Shown: positions 22,146 to 35,047, counted from the stretch's first letter. The stretch: DNA of 37,187 nucleotides from Octopus bimaculoides (GCF_001194135.2 NC_068986.1:112825747-112862933), one strand, 5' to 3'. The notes: generated by a model not told the origin, from the letters alone. Numbers and translations: made by a program.

Positions 22146-23349
22146 TAAGATGATGACGGAGAGGAAGATTAAACATAATAACAATAATGGTCATAAAATA
22201 TAATGTTTGTGATAATAGAGCAGAAGCAAAAAAAAACAAAAAAAAAACGAAATAAATAATAAAAATATAGAATAAATAAATAAATGTAGAGCAGCCAGTA
22301 ATTTTGAGGATCATCGCCAAGAAATTTAAAGACAAATTGCCAAATATATAATTATGCATGGTTGTGGAGAATAAAAAAAAAACAAAAAACATATACTCGG
22401 AGGTAGACTTTCATTAATATATATCTTTTTACGTACATTTCTGGATATACATAGTCATTCACATTGGCACAGAGAGTTACATTCATCGATAGAGAGACAC
22501 ATAGTGGCATACATTCTGACAGCATCGAAGCTATACCTTGCAGAGTATGCCTGGCCAAATAAACAAATAACGTTGTTCATGCACTTCAACAAAAATGCAG
22601 CAATGTCAGTATTCTACGAATTAACACTAAACTGCGCGCTTTCAGTTTCTTGGGCATAGCAAGAAAGGAGAACGCACGTTTTCAAAAAAAGCGGGAAGAC
22701 GAGATTCTGATTTAGCATGGTTTCGGAGGCCAACAAACGCTGATGAATTAGAATAAAGTGTTCGTATTCTAATATCTTTGTTTCATAAGGCGGCAAGACA
22801 TTGATCTCAAGACATGACTTGACTCCTTCTCCACCTGTTTATCAAGATTATTGTAATTTGGAAGAATATATTTAAAGGACTTCATTAATTGTGTGAATCA
22901 CGAGAATAACAAAGTACGGAATATGTAAGAGATGGTTTTGACTTGTAGATGGATGCACCATTTCGGTTTGGATTGCACTCAGCTTGGGAAAGAAAAACAA
23001 AGCAGTGAGTGGGGAACATTTAGAAGTAAGAAAAGCCTCGTCGCGTATAAACTGGTTAGAAGAAATCCCATGCCATTAAAAGGGCAATGTGACTGATGCA
23101 GGCTCAGGGAGGTTAGTGCTGGACCCGATTTGGTGTTGTAGCTACAGAGTTGAGGGTTGGAGAAAACATGCTACAGTAAATGACTTCAGGAGAGAGATAA
23201 AAAAAAAGGAAAGAAAGCGGATACTTCCTTGTGAATAAATAAATCCAGGCACTAAAAGTGATGTAAGAGATTCACTGAGCGAGAGCCTTCGGATTCTGTG
23301 AATACAGCTAGCAAAAGATTTGGTGAAGTCATATAATGAAGTGTAGTAT

Positions 23350-23401
23350 CCTATCTATCTAGCTAGCTAGTTATCTATCCATTTGTCTATCTATCTATCT
23401 G

Positions 23402-23496
<95 letters not shown>

Positions 23497-23545
23497 GTCT
23501 ATCTATCTATCTATATATCTATCTATCTATCTATCTATCTATCTC
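23350..23545. repeat. (CTAT)n [GATA] tetranucleotide array
   Basis: Direct reading. Confidence 0.95.
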
Positions 23546-23989
23546 CTTGAAATAGCAGCTAGTCTCCCACACACATTACTGTCATAAAATAACATTTGAT
23601 AATGTAGTCTTGGATATTCATAAAAAAAATAGGTTGAACACTTTTGCTGATAAATATGTTCCGTCAGACTTGACCTGGGATTAAAGAACAACAAGAACAA
23701 GAACAACAAGTCCTAATGCTCCAATTATTATTGGTAGGAATATGTATGCATGTATGTATGGCATTCTTCAGTTTTATGTCAAGATTTCTTGCCAATAGAG
23801 TAAGATCGGTTTCTAACCTAGATCCAAAGCTCCTTAATTGGAATCTCAACATCAACAATATGGTATTTTTGTATGTATGTATGTATGTATGTGTGTGTGC
23901 AGATTTGCATGCTTTGCTTTATGTATGTATTCTTATGAATATAGTTGCATATCTAAATATGCTCACATATATTTAAATGATAAAATGTT

Positions 23990-24660
23990 TAAATGATATC
24001 TAAATGAGAAAATGATAAAAGTTTTACAGATTTTTACAGTTCCAGTTATGGATTGGATCTGTAGTCTTCGAATTAGCTTTCTCCTTTCAGGTTTTGATAA
24101 GATTAATTTCTCAATGTTGGTATTTAAGCAATGTGTTACATATCCCAGGGCCCATATAATTACAGGTATAAACCTGAACTTGCAATCTGGATAGAGTGAC
24201 TGCAGATTTCTCAATAGTTCAGCGTAGGTGTTCTCTTCTTCACTGATCTTCAGCTTTATGCTAACATTCACTGGACAGATAATTTCCACAAATGTGCACA
24301 GTTTCTCTTCTCTTTCCAAAATCATTATAACTGATCTGTTGTGCTTACATTTATAGAGGTTTCCACTGGGACATTCCGCCAGTATTCCTTTTTTTTTATT
24401 GTGAGTGATTATGGCTTATACCATACTGTAAGTTATTATTTCTGTGTCGTCGGGGTTCCCCTACCGACAGATTTCATTATAGAACGTCCTAGCAATAACG
24501 TCATGCCTCATCGGTAGATAATGCCGTGATGACATTTTTGAACAACTGCTTATGATGTGGGTGATATCTTCGATGTTAATTCCACAACGTCTACATCAGT
24601 TGTCACATTTTACCACTTTTCTTTCGTCTCTATCACTTTCGTGCATCAGGTACTTATAAG
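23990..24660 (-). mobile_element. RLE-type non-LTR retrotransposon C-terminal region (family Y), 5'-truncated
   Basis: The minus strand reads KYLMHESDRD..KCDN*CRRCGINIEDITHIISSCSKMSSRHYLPMRHDVIA (CCHC knuckle), EYWRNVPVETSI/CKHNRSVIMILEREEKLCTFVEIICP (decayed PD..D/ExK region), IIWALG..LQIQSITGTVKICKTF. Confidence 0.92.
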
Positions 24661-24677
24661 TATGTATGTATGTATGC

Positions 24678-24708
<31 letters not shown>

Positions 24709-25297
24709 AATGTATATCTGTCAGTGTGTCTATATGCAGGTGTGTGTGCGTGCCTGTATTTACTTAGACATAATATAGAATCCATCTGAAATATACATAG
24801 ATGTCGGTGTGTCTATGGTAATCAAATGAAAGTCATGACACAGGATTTCATGAGTAATTAATAAGAAAATAAGAATAAGCGATGTTGAAAATGGCAATAA
24901 TAAAATTACACAAGAAAGAGAAGCTAGTTAACATCTAAGTTGAAACCGGTATTAATGTAAGTTATCGTACGTTGTTTTATGTGACTACACATGTATTCGC
25001 TTGTGTAATGTATATTTGTATATGCGTGTGTATATGTGTGTGTGAGAGAGAGAGGATAGAGAGAGAGTTTGTGTTTATGTCTATTTTCGAGGATGTCTTT
25101 GTCTTCGTATAAGTGATTTCTACTACAAATTAAAGTTATGAGCGCGCTCACATTTGCACCTTGGCATATTCACACGCGCTTATGTACAATTATTGATCTG
25201 ATATTAATTTAAGAACTTGTTAATTGGTCTTTTCTTTTTAACAGGTGGAAATTGAAAGGTTATCATCAATGAGATGCTCGGATCATCGTCATCACGA

Positions 25298-25299
<2 letters not shown>

Positions 25300-25361
<62 letters not shown>

Positions 25362-25444
25362 CGTTCTCATCATTGTTATCATCATCCTCACCACTAAGAA
25401 AAGAAAAGACCACCCAGTCATCTTCATCCTCCTCCTCATCATCG

Positions 25445-25498
<54 letters not shown>

Positions 25499-25500
25499 AT
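25300..25500. repeat. (ATT)n and (CAT)n arrays
   Basis: Direct reading. Confidence 0.95.
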
Positions 25501-26279
25501 ATCATGCTCATATATCATGCATTCATTTAGATATTCATCTTTGCTCTCTAACGTATTTTGTAGGTGTGTGTTTGTATGTACGCTAACCCCTACAAAACCA
25601 ACACCCACATGCGCATAAAATGGGAATGCATGTATATGCGTGAGTGTGTATGTATTTTCTACAACTGTGTATGATATTTTCTCACATCTTAATTGATGGT
25701 GTATATGTAACATCAAAGACTGAGATCGTCCGACTCTCCTTTTTCATTTGATTGAAATAATCATTGTTTACTTCTATCATTAGGATCCAGAATCGTTGCT
25801 TGACTGGTCCTTAAGAGCGTTTGCAAGGATGGCTTGTTGTAATATCTCCTTATACAATGGAAGTATTCACATTTTTTTCTTGGTTCAGCAACATCTCTAT
25901 ACTTTTGGAGAAAAAGACATTGCAGGTTTCCTTTTCATAGCATCCATATTTTTCACCCATTATAAAGATCTATGTCTGGTTAATGATTTTGTTTTCTCGT
26001 CATCCAATCAGGTTTACTTCAGATTCCTCAACAAGAAGGATAATGTTTTCCCTGCCAGTACACACATTAAAGAGAGGCCGTAATATTGAACCAATTCACC
26101 TATTTGTTAGTGGGGATGCGAAATCGGACATACGTGACAGGATTGGAAAGTGTTCCCGCATATGAGTTTCATCTGAACTACCTCAAACCTAAGTACGCAC
26201 TGATGTAAAATTTTGTTTATATAACTCTGTCTACCTGCCTACTATAATGTATACCAGCAAGAGGTGGAAGAGTGAAAGA

Positions 26280-26500
26280 AGGACTGATAGAAGATTAAAT
26301 GAATTCAATCAAACGTAACCCCGAAAGATACTGAAGGTCAACTGGAGGCATCGTGTCATAAACGCTGAAATTCTGAGATGAACATCGTTACGATCACTGG
26401 GAAATACTGTTGGAGAGCGCGATTCCGACTAGTTGGCCACAGTGTCCATCTAGCCGATTAACAGCACTGGGAAACGGCCATGATGTGTAAAAAAACCCCG
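26280..26500 (+). mobile_element. Old RTE-like LINE C-terminal fragment
   Basis: RKILKVNWRHRVINAEILR*..RARFRLVGHSV, matching the LRKILxxxWxxxVTNxEIL..RxRWLGHV motif downstream of RTE reverse transcriptases. Confidence 0.65.
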
Positions 26501-27991
26501 TAGAATATCACTTGGCGGTGAATATAAAATGAAGGCGGTTAATATTAAGCGGTTAATGGGTGGGCATGAGTAGCGACTAATCGAAACCGGTAGAGGAAGC
26601 TTACCACCCATTGCAATGAACACAGTAGGATGACCTAAAGCTCAGCTGTAATAATGGAATAGAACAATGTGTCACTTTACTCTGTTAGAAGAAACGCAGT
26701 CATTTCCTGTATTTAACTACAAGATTGAGATACAGATTGGTGGTGTTAATTAAGGTTTTTCAAACTTTAGGTCATCAAATGCAGGATCAAAGTCAAGTGT
26801 TTACTTTTATTCCCGCTTAACTGTATTTCTTCTCTCTGGGTTTGTATTCTCGTGGCTAAATACGTTTCATAATATATGTGCTTCTATTTCTTGCCCCATT
26901 GGATGCTATGCTTAATTGCTAATATCTAATTTCTACTGGAAACTGTTTTATTTTCTTAATTCTTGTAATATTTATGCAATTTTCGTATTAATAAATTTTG
27001 TTGAAACTATTCATTTCTTAATGTTGTCCTCTGCAAAAATCGTCCTAAAAAAACATTTCCATTAAGCATTTGCTTTTTTAGCAGTTTTAAACAATTGCTA
27101 CGTTTGCTCCATTTGAGATATAAGTAGCATCTTGATGTTTCTGCATAGTGGGAAAAAAAATCAATTAGAAGCATTTTTGAAGTGCTTCAGTTACAGAAGG
27201 AAATAATTGCTTACGAAAAATGAGAATGCAATTAGAAAGAATAATAATGAGTTATTATAAACCAATCCTTTAACTGAGAAGCATGCGTTGAAGTCTCAAA
27301 CAAAAAAAAAAAAAACATGGAAATAATAAATAAATATGTAAATACATAAAAAGACAAAAAAATAATAAATATATATAATTATAGTGTTTTTTTTTTAAAG
27401 AGAAGGACAAGAAATTATGAACACACAGAAGTATACATGAAAATTATATAAAAGAAGAAAAATTAATTTAAAATATAATCCTATAAATCTGTGTAGAGAA
27501 AACAAGTGATTGCGTGGTTGGTGACGGAGAGAAGAGGTAAATTTATATGCTAGACAAAATGTCCGTGCGTTTTATGTTAACTGTACTGGGTGACGACAAA
27601 ATGGATTTGAACGAAAGGAAAAATGTCATGAAGTTTTATGACTTTGAATGTAACTAAAAAAGAAAAACTGTTGTTTTGTAGAAATAATATTCAAACGGTC
27701 TGTATTGTACCTTGTAATAAACAGTTCATTGTAGAATCGATGATCAGTAATGTATATATATCTACTTGCATTTGCGTTCCTGTGCGTGATTTTCATTATA
27801 CTTTCGTGTGTGTGTATGTGGATATGCGTGTATCTGTGTGCGTGTTTGTGTGTGAGCGCGTGTATGCGCCATCTTAACCGTCACTTTCAGCACATCTATG
27901 TTGTAGTTTTTCACTGAATAATAACCATAGAAATGACAAATCGGGATTGACAATATATAAACATCAATACCAAGTGAAACATAAAATTGGG

Positions 27992-27994
<3 letters not shown>

Positions 27995-28069
<75 letters not shown>

Positions 28070-28070
28070 G

Positions 28071-28120
<50 letters not shown>
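27995..28120. repeat. (TA)n(CA)n(TA)n(GA)n compound microsatellite
   Basis: Direct reading. Confidence 0.95.
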
Positions 28121-28122
<2 letters not shown>

Positions 28123-28309
28123 ATTTACAAAATAAAAACAGAAGATGGAGACGGGTGTGTAAACAACAAACAGATGTGATGTATTAGTTTAACGCCCGGG
28201 AAGGGAGAAAGTCTTTGAGGTTTCGAGCCTATGCTCTTCGACAGAAAGTATCACAGAAATAAACAGCGAGAGAAAATAGAAAAACGTTTAGTGGCTAGCG
28301 ATCTATCAT
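28121..28309 (-). mobile_element. Probable Penelope-like element terminal repeat fragment carrying a hammerhead-like motif
   Basis: The minus strand reads CTTT-CTGTCGA-A-GAGC-ATAG-GCTC-GAAAC-CTC-AAAG, the CTGANGA(A)-stem-GAAACGT layout typical of Penelope pseudo-LTRs. No Penelope ORF is visible. Confidence 0.55.
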
Positions 28310-29030
28310 ATATTTGTGTGTGTATGTGTGTGTGCGTGTGTGTGTGTGTGTGTGTGTTTGTGTGTAATCCAAGTAAAAAACAAAGAAAGTGTTTGTCGCC
28401 TCTTCAATGACCAGTTTGTAGAGAAACAAGCATAGCTGTTCATTCAAAGTACCATAAACTCTTTTATTTCCTTCTTATGTGAATAATATTTTATTCTTCT
28501 CTCAACCCAAACAATGGTTTTGCCGTTGTGACATCTTGATTTTCTACACCTGAAGAATGTTCCACTTTCCTTAAATCTACAATATAAGTATGTAGATACC
28601 TAAAACCCTGCAATGGAAACAACCTACAAACACGCTGTTAGGAAACATTACTCGCTCTCACCCACCAGCAACGCAGGCCGTCTAAAATGTGATGGACCCT
28701 ATTTTCTCCGCTGATTAAAAGATATCTGACAGTTACTAAACTTTGCTACCGTTTAACTACAGATTGCTAAGTCCAAATCCAGTTCCGCAGGCTTCAAGAA
28801 TTATTAGGTCAAGTGAAGCAGTCTTTCTAGCTCTACTGCTAATAGACTACGGAGGTTTTTTAATCAAGACTGTCCGTCCCATGCAGTGGACTGTGTTGTT
28901 GTAGGACTAAATACTGGAGTCAAATGTATCTTTGTGCTTCGTATTCCTGGTGGAAAAATCTTCGCACAAGGATGTTGTTGCCGTTATATCTCGAATTGCT
29001 GATCCCGATTTGTCCTTCTTAATTTTTTAT

Positions 29031-29386
29031 ATTTTACTTGTTTCCGTTATTCGACCGCCACCATTCTGGGGCACCGCCTTGAAACGTCTTTAGTCGAATT
29101 AATCGACTCTAATATATATTACTTTTTAGGCCTGATGTTTATTTTAACGGTCTTATTTTTGCCGAACAGGGACATAAATGAACTAACACCAGCTGTAAGG
29201 CAATTGTGTGAGACAAAAACATAATCAAAGAAACACCCACACACACATGTCAGGTTCGTTCCACCAAATATACTCACAAGGCTTTGTTCGGCCCATGGCT
29301 AGAGCAGAAAACACTCGTCCAAGCAGTCACGAAGTAGGACTGAACCCGGAACCATGTCCTTGGAAAGCAAGCTTCTCTTCCCACAG
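29031..29386 (-). mobile_element. SINE family A, full length, diverged
   Basis: ttacttgtttc...ctggggcaccgccttgaa...ctcacaaggctttgttcggccc...ggactgaacccggaaccatg...ggaaagcaagcttct. Confidence 0.88.
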
Positions 29387-30296
29387 AGTTTGTTTTTATT
29401 CATTCTTCTATGAGTGCATAACAGGCTGATAGGTTAATCCAGAGACGAGTTGTCTTTCACGTTGCCAACAGAGTCACGTGCAGTTAGTTCTGCGTGAATG
29501 TTTAAATCATAAACTTTTATACAAATTCAGATCATTATGAAGTCGTTGACCATTGTATAGCTGATCCGTGATCCACGTTATTTATGAGAGCAGGCGCCTT
29601 CAATGATCATGAACAGTCTGCCGTAATGCTTAGTTGCATGTTTACGAAGATAAAATGTAAAACAGGATTTTCAGCAAAAATATCAAAATGTCATACACAT
29701 TCTTACATTCAGAAGGAATGTTGCTGAATCTAAACAAAGTTCCAAAACAGAAAAAAAAAATGTTCAAACGAAACACACACACACACACACACACGCATCT
29801 AAAAACAAGCGTTTACGTATGTACGGAGTTGCAAGCTGAGTCATACGCAATATGTGCAATGCGCATGTGTGTATATGTGTACGCCAATGTATGTCTATTT
29901 AGTGAGAGCTTGATCCAGATCAAATTACTTAAAGGTTCCTAGGCAGACCAGAGCCACAGATGCACACTCACATATATGCAGAAGACATTCCGTCTCTGAA
30001 CATCGGATCTGGAGATGCCTCTCTGTGTCAGCGAAAGTTTTAATAATACGGCGCACTGAGTCAGCTTTTTATCAAATACAGCTACAAATAAATGTGCTGA
30101 GCGCTTATTTCCTTTCATTTCTTCATATATACAAGTATATGCGTATAAACGACGTATATACTTTGAAGTTGATACATAGATAGCCATTTTAATATAATGC
30201 TTCCTCAACTGAAATATACATAGGTGTATACACACATAAATCAACTCATTTGTATGCATATACATACATACACATATATATAAATATTTACTTATA

Positions 30297-30336
<40 letters not shown>

Positions 30337-31009
30337 TGCATGCGTGCGTGTACGTGTGTATAGGTGAGTATAAGCGTGCGTACGTATACATNNNNNNNNN
30401 NNNNNNNNNNNNNNNNNNNNNNNNNNNNNNNNNNNNNNNNNNNNNNNNNNNNNNNNNNNNNNNNNNNNNNNNNNNNNNNNNNNNNNNNNNNNNNNNNNNN
30501 NNNNNNNNNNNNNNNNNNNNNNNNNNNNNNNNNNNNNNNNNNNNNNNNNNNNNNNNNNNNNNNNNNNNNNNNNNNNNNNNNNNNNNNNNNNNNNNNNNNN
30601 NNNNNNNNNNNNNNNNNNNNNNNNNNNNNNNNNNNNNNNNNNNNNNNNNNNNNNNNNNNNNNNNNNNNNNNNNNNNNNNNNNNNNNNNNNNNNNNNNNNN
30701 NNNNNNNNNNNNNNNNNNNNNNNACACATCAGTAGTTCTTTGACTGCTATTTCTAAATTTTCAGTATGTTGGAGAAGCAACTCAATTGCTAATCCCTGTA
30801 TATTTATAATGATAAATAGTTTTACCGATAAAGGTTTTTTTCATACTGAACTACTTGGCAAAATTGTTAATTATTAATTCTATTATTAATTGACGATTCT
30901 CTGCCCTTATTCTTGTATATATATACATATATATATGTGTGTACGCTTATACTCACGCATACTCACGTACATACATGCGTGCACGCATATATATATGCAT
31001 ATATGTACA

Positions 31010-31058
<49 letters not shown>

Positions 31059-31722
31059 ATACTCATACGCACATACCAATGCGCACATATATAATAATAT
31101 TCAATTGTCTATCGTGCAGAATATGCAATTTTAAATTATAATTTCAATTACATTGCAAATCCCCCAAACAAAGGAACTGGCACCATACCCTCTGTTATTG
31201 TAGAAAGAGTATAAAGTTAATTAGTTAGAATCCCCCATGTTGGTACGCATCATATGCAGCCCCTGTTAAATCACGAAACATTCGCTCTTCCCATCACCCC
31301 CACCTCCTACTCTCTAATCAGTCTTTATATTTCTCTTCGTTGTTGCTATTAAGCTTGTCACATACTCATTGATTCTTTGCTTGTTATGAATGATATATTT
31401 TTATATATTTCAATGTTATATTTCTTTGTGTATTACGCATGTTTGTCTCTCTGTTTTAGTAAGTTTTGTTGTTGTTGGTTGTGTGTGTGCATTACAGACA
31501 CACACCCACATACACCCCACACACACACATATACATATATATACATGTACATGTTTATCTATGTGTGTGTATTTACTGTGAGTCGCTGCTATCAGATTGG
31601 AGATCTTGCTTTCTAATGCAAGTGGGATATGCGAAGTCGAAATCTCGGCGTTGACAAATGAACGACACTCACACATTCACAAACATAGCAATATATACAT
31701 GGATTCATCCATACATGCACGC

Positions 31723-31785
<63 letters not shown>

Positions 31786-31979
31786 CGTATATATGTGTGC
31801 ATGCACATACATACGTACATTAGCACACTGTCAGCCACGCGATCTGATACAGGCAAAGAATGTTATATGTGTACATGTTCTAAATAGGAAGAGTGACAGT
31901 GAGAGATAAAGAAAGAAACACGAAGAACTGGAGAGAGGAATAATCTTGATAAACAGTAAGGAAACTCGTGTTTGCGCAT

Positions 31980-31993
31980 GTGTGTGTGTGTGT

Positions 31994-32028
<35 letters not shown>

Positions 32029-32038
32029 NNNNNNNNNN

Positions 32039-32105
<67 letters not shown>
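31980..32105. repeat. (GT)n(GA)n microsatellite spanning a 10-N gap
   Basis: Direct reading. Confidence 0.95.
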
Positions 32106-32108
<3 letters not shown>

Positions 32109-33174
32109 GAATTTGGGAGAAACTCTTTACGCACCTCTATGAATATGTGCTCGTGTTTGTATGAGTTGCCTGTATATGTAACAGGGAGTAAATATTTAAA
32201 TGTGTCATTTCCGTAATCTCACGTAAACGTAAAAATATTTGATTTCATAATAAATCTAAATATTCCATGAGAGCTGAAGTAATTATATAATTGGATTGCT
32301 TGCTTAATTAGAATCCATTACTAAAAATCTGTTCGTGTGTTGCTATTATTGAAAGGAAATGCAAATATAAAAGGGCAAGTCATATAGTGCAGGGCTTCTA
32401 TGTATCATAGAATAGAAATATGCCTGTTCAGATGATTATACTAAGCACAGTAACAGAGTCGCAAGAGATTTATGAATGATAAAGGGAATGGAACATGCTA
32501 TATTCTAATATACGAATATCTTTACATAGGAGCATTTGACATACACAGACTAACAAGCACACACACTCATAGTATTTTTGAATATACATACTAATGTTTG
32601 TGTTTATTTGCAGTTATTATTAAGAAGAATTAGTTTAATCTGATAAGTTCCTCTAATTTTGTAGATTACAAATTTATTATTTCTCCACAAGAATATTATT
32701 GATAGTTCGACGATGGCTTTACCAGCCGAAATTTCAAGTCACTGTCTATTATGGTCTTGGTTATGAATATTAAATATAAACATGTGTGTATATATAATAT
32801 ACACAGACCGGCCCGTATACATAATTATATGTCTGCGTGAATATGAGAGAGAGAGAGAGGGAGAGAGTGTTTGTGTGAGCGCATGTATATGTGTGTATGG
32901 GTTTGTGTGATTATATAAACCTAATTTATTTAGTGTTAATACTTTTCCTCGATGTTAATAGAGGTTGTCGATCGAAAAGTTAGTTTCATTGTTGTTTCTT
33001 CCTTCCGTCACTCAATCTCCATTGTAGATATCTTTGCTTTTCGTTGCATTGCTTTATATTACCACACTTCAACAAGTTGCTGCATTGTCTGATATACGTC
33101 CACCCGCTACTTTTTGTTATTTGTTTCATTTTTTATTTGTCAAAACTGCTCGGGTTAATCGTTAGATTATCATT

Positions 33175-33373
33175 ATTATTATTATTATTATTGTTCAGTA
33201 GTTTTATTTTTATAACCTGCTTTCACTTCACTACCGAGCGCAGCTCTGTGCGCCTTGGGTATGTGCTGTGGTTTGCTGTGGTGCTTTTATGTTTACTGTA
33301 TTGAAAGTGTTTTGCGTAGAATGTGTGCAGTACCCAGTAGTGCAATTTTCTGTATGTTACATATATTTGTAAG
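33175..33373 (-). mobile_element. 3' end of an R4/Dong-like RLE non-LTR element (family Z) ending in (AAT)n
   Basis: The minus strand reads LTNICNIQKIALLGTAHILRKTLSIQ*, then about 110 nt of 3' UTR and aataataataat. It is cut by the gap at 33374. Confidence 0.85.
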
Positions 33374-33462
33374 NNNNNNNNNNGTTCATTATCCGAGTAA
33401 GTGGTCCTTTATAATCCGGTCTATGACCATTGCGGTTTATATTTTGTTTTATTAACAGTGAG

Positions 33463-33464
<2 letters not shown>

Positions 33465-33552
<88 letters not shown>

Positions 33553-33585
33553 TTTGTTTTTGTTGTTGTTGTTGTTGTTGTTATT
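33465..33585. repeat. (ATT)n(GTT)n array
   Basis: Direct reading. Confidence 0.95.
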
Positions 33586-33589
33586 AATG

Positions 33590-34605
33590 ACATTCGGGAA
33601 CTAAGCACGCGCTTCAACGTGAGCCATATCATCATTCATCGGGAAACCAAAAGGTTTGGTAAGGTGTGAAATGGTGGTCACCTCAAGATCTCTCTGCAGG
33701 CAATCACAAACAATGTGTAGACTGTTGTACACGTTTGCGATATTTTAGTTTGCAAATGCCTCGTTAGAATACACTCGTTATTAGAGATGGAAAATGGATA
33801 CTTGACACTAATGTTAAGAAAAAGCGTCAGTGGGTTCGTCGTGGTGAAAAGCAAGCTCAGAAGCCGAGGAGTGGCCTGCATCAAAGGAGGCTATGATGGT
33901 AATTCCTCATAAGCTGCTATACAATGATCAAAGAATAAAAGCCGATGACTCCTACCTAAAGATAACCCGTATGAAAGCAGCTTTGCATCAAAAACACGCG
34001 TTATTAAGGCGGCGAGCTGGTAGAAACGTTAGCACGCCGGGTAAAATGCTTAGTGTGATTTCGTCAGCCGTTACGTTCTGAGTTCAAATTTCACCGATGT
34101 CGACTTTGCCTTTCATCCTTTCGGGGTCGATAAATTAAGTACCAGTTACGCACTGGGGTCGATGTAATCGACTTAATCTCTTTGTCTGTCCTTGTTTGTC
34201 CCCTCCGTGTGTAGCACCTTGTGGGCAGTAAAGAAATAAAAAAAAACATCCATTATCAAAAGGCAGAAAAGCAGTTTGCCTTCATCATGATAACGCTAGA
34301 CCTCACACTGCACGAAATACAAATTATCTTTTAGAAAAATATGTTTGGAAAATTAAGCCTCACTCACCATACTCTCAAACCCTTGCACGTACAGATTAAC
34401 ATCTCTTTAGAAGCTTACAAAATTCATTTGAATGGATTAAAAATTACTTCAAAAGAAGCCGAGACTGGATTAATCCACTTTTTCAATTCTAAACCTAAGG
34501 AATTTTAAGAAGGTGGCATTAAAAAGCTCATTGACAGATGTAAAAATGCCATAGAAAAAGAATGGTAAATGTATTAACTATTACGTAAAACACTTATTGG
34601 ACAGA
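33590..34605 (+). mobile_element. Decayed mariner (DD34D) transposase, interrupted by a SINE at 34008-34246
   Basis: RELSTRFNVSHIIIH (HTH), WSPQDLS (WVPHEL-like), RDGKWIL (TGDEKW-like, D at 33786), KKKRQW..GLHQRR, HHDNARPHTA (D at 34289) with exactly 34 residues to HSPYSQTLARTD*HLFRSLQNS, then FFNSKPKEF*EGGIKKLIDR. A TIR-like cacttattggacagac lies near 34590-34605. Confidence 0.93.
34008..34246 (+). mobile_element. SINE family B monomer (tail type 1), nested in the mariner
   Basis: ggcggcgagctggtagaaacgttagcacgccggg (A-box region), gagttcaaatttc (B-box), cctttcatcctttcggggtcgataaattaagtaccag core, gtgggcagtaaagaaat(A)n tail. Confidence 0.95.
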
Positions 34606-34743
34606 CTTCTCGTCATAACCAGATAAGTATATACATCAATATATACATATAAATGCATGAATGCGTGTGAGTGTGTGTGTGTATATGTACGTAGATGTAC
34701 GTATATATTTATATTTATCTTTCTATCTATCTGTCTATACATA

Positions 34744-34789
<46 letters not shown>

Positions 34790-35047
34790 NNNNNNNNNNN
34801 NNNNNNNNNNNNNNNNNNNNNNNNNNNNNNNNNNNNNNNNNNNNNNNNNNNNNNNNNNNNNNNNNNNNNNNNNNNNNNNNNNNNNNNNNNNNNNNNNNNN
34901 NNNNNNNNNNNNNNNNNNNNNNNNNNNNNNNNNNNNNNNNNNNNNNNNNNNNNNNNNNNNNNNNNNNNNNNNNNNNNNNNNNNNNNNNNNNNNNNNNNNN
35001 NNNNNNNNNNNNNNNNNNNNNNNNNNNNNNTATATATACATGAGAGG

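Noticed and set aside
22741-22776. CTGATGA followed by the stem attagaata/tattctaat (hammerhead-like start)
   Set aside because: No GAAA follows the stem, and no stem I or III can be formed.
22800-23340. GC-balanced stretch that looks like decayed coding sequence; likewise 8780-9050 and 28540-29020
   Set aside because: Multiple stops in all frames and no motif I can assign. Probably old transposon debris; needs RepeatMasker/tblastx.
26087-26130. EPIHLFVSGDAKSD resembling the PIF1/Helitron helicase motif I (xHLFxxGxAGTGKS)
   Set aside because: The Walker A GKS/T is absent and no other helicase motifs are found nearby.
32359-32373. Octamer ATGCAAAT overlapping TATAAAAG
   Set aside because: Isolated short motifs in very AT-rich DNA, with no Inr or downstream exon support.
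13237-34246. Recurrent ~60-bp motif cctttcatcctttcggggtcgataaattaagtaccag as a possible CRISPR or structured-RNA repeat
   Set aside because: The copies are dispersed, on both strands and embedded in SINE bodies. This is the SINE central domain, not an array.
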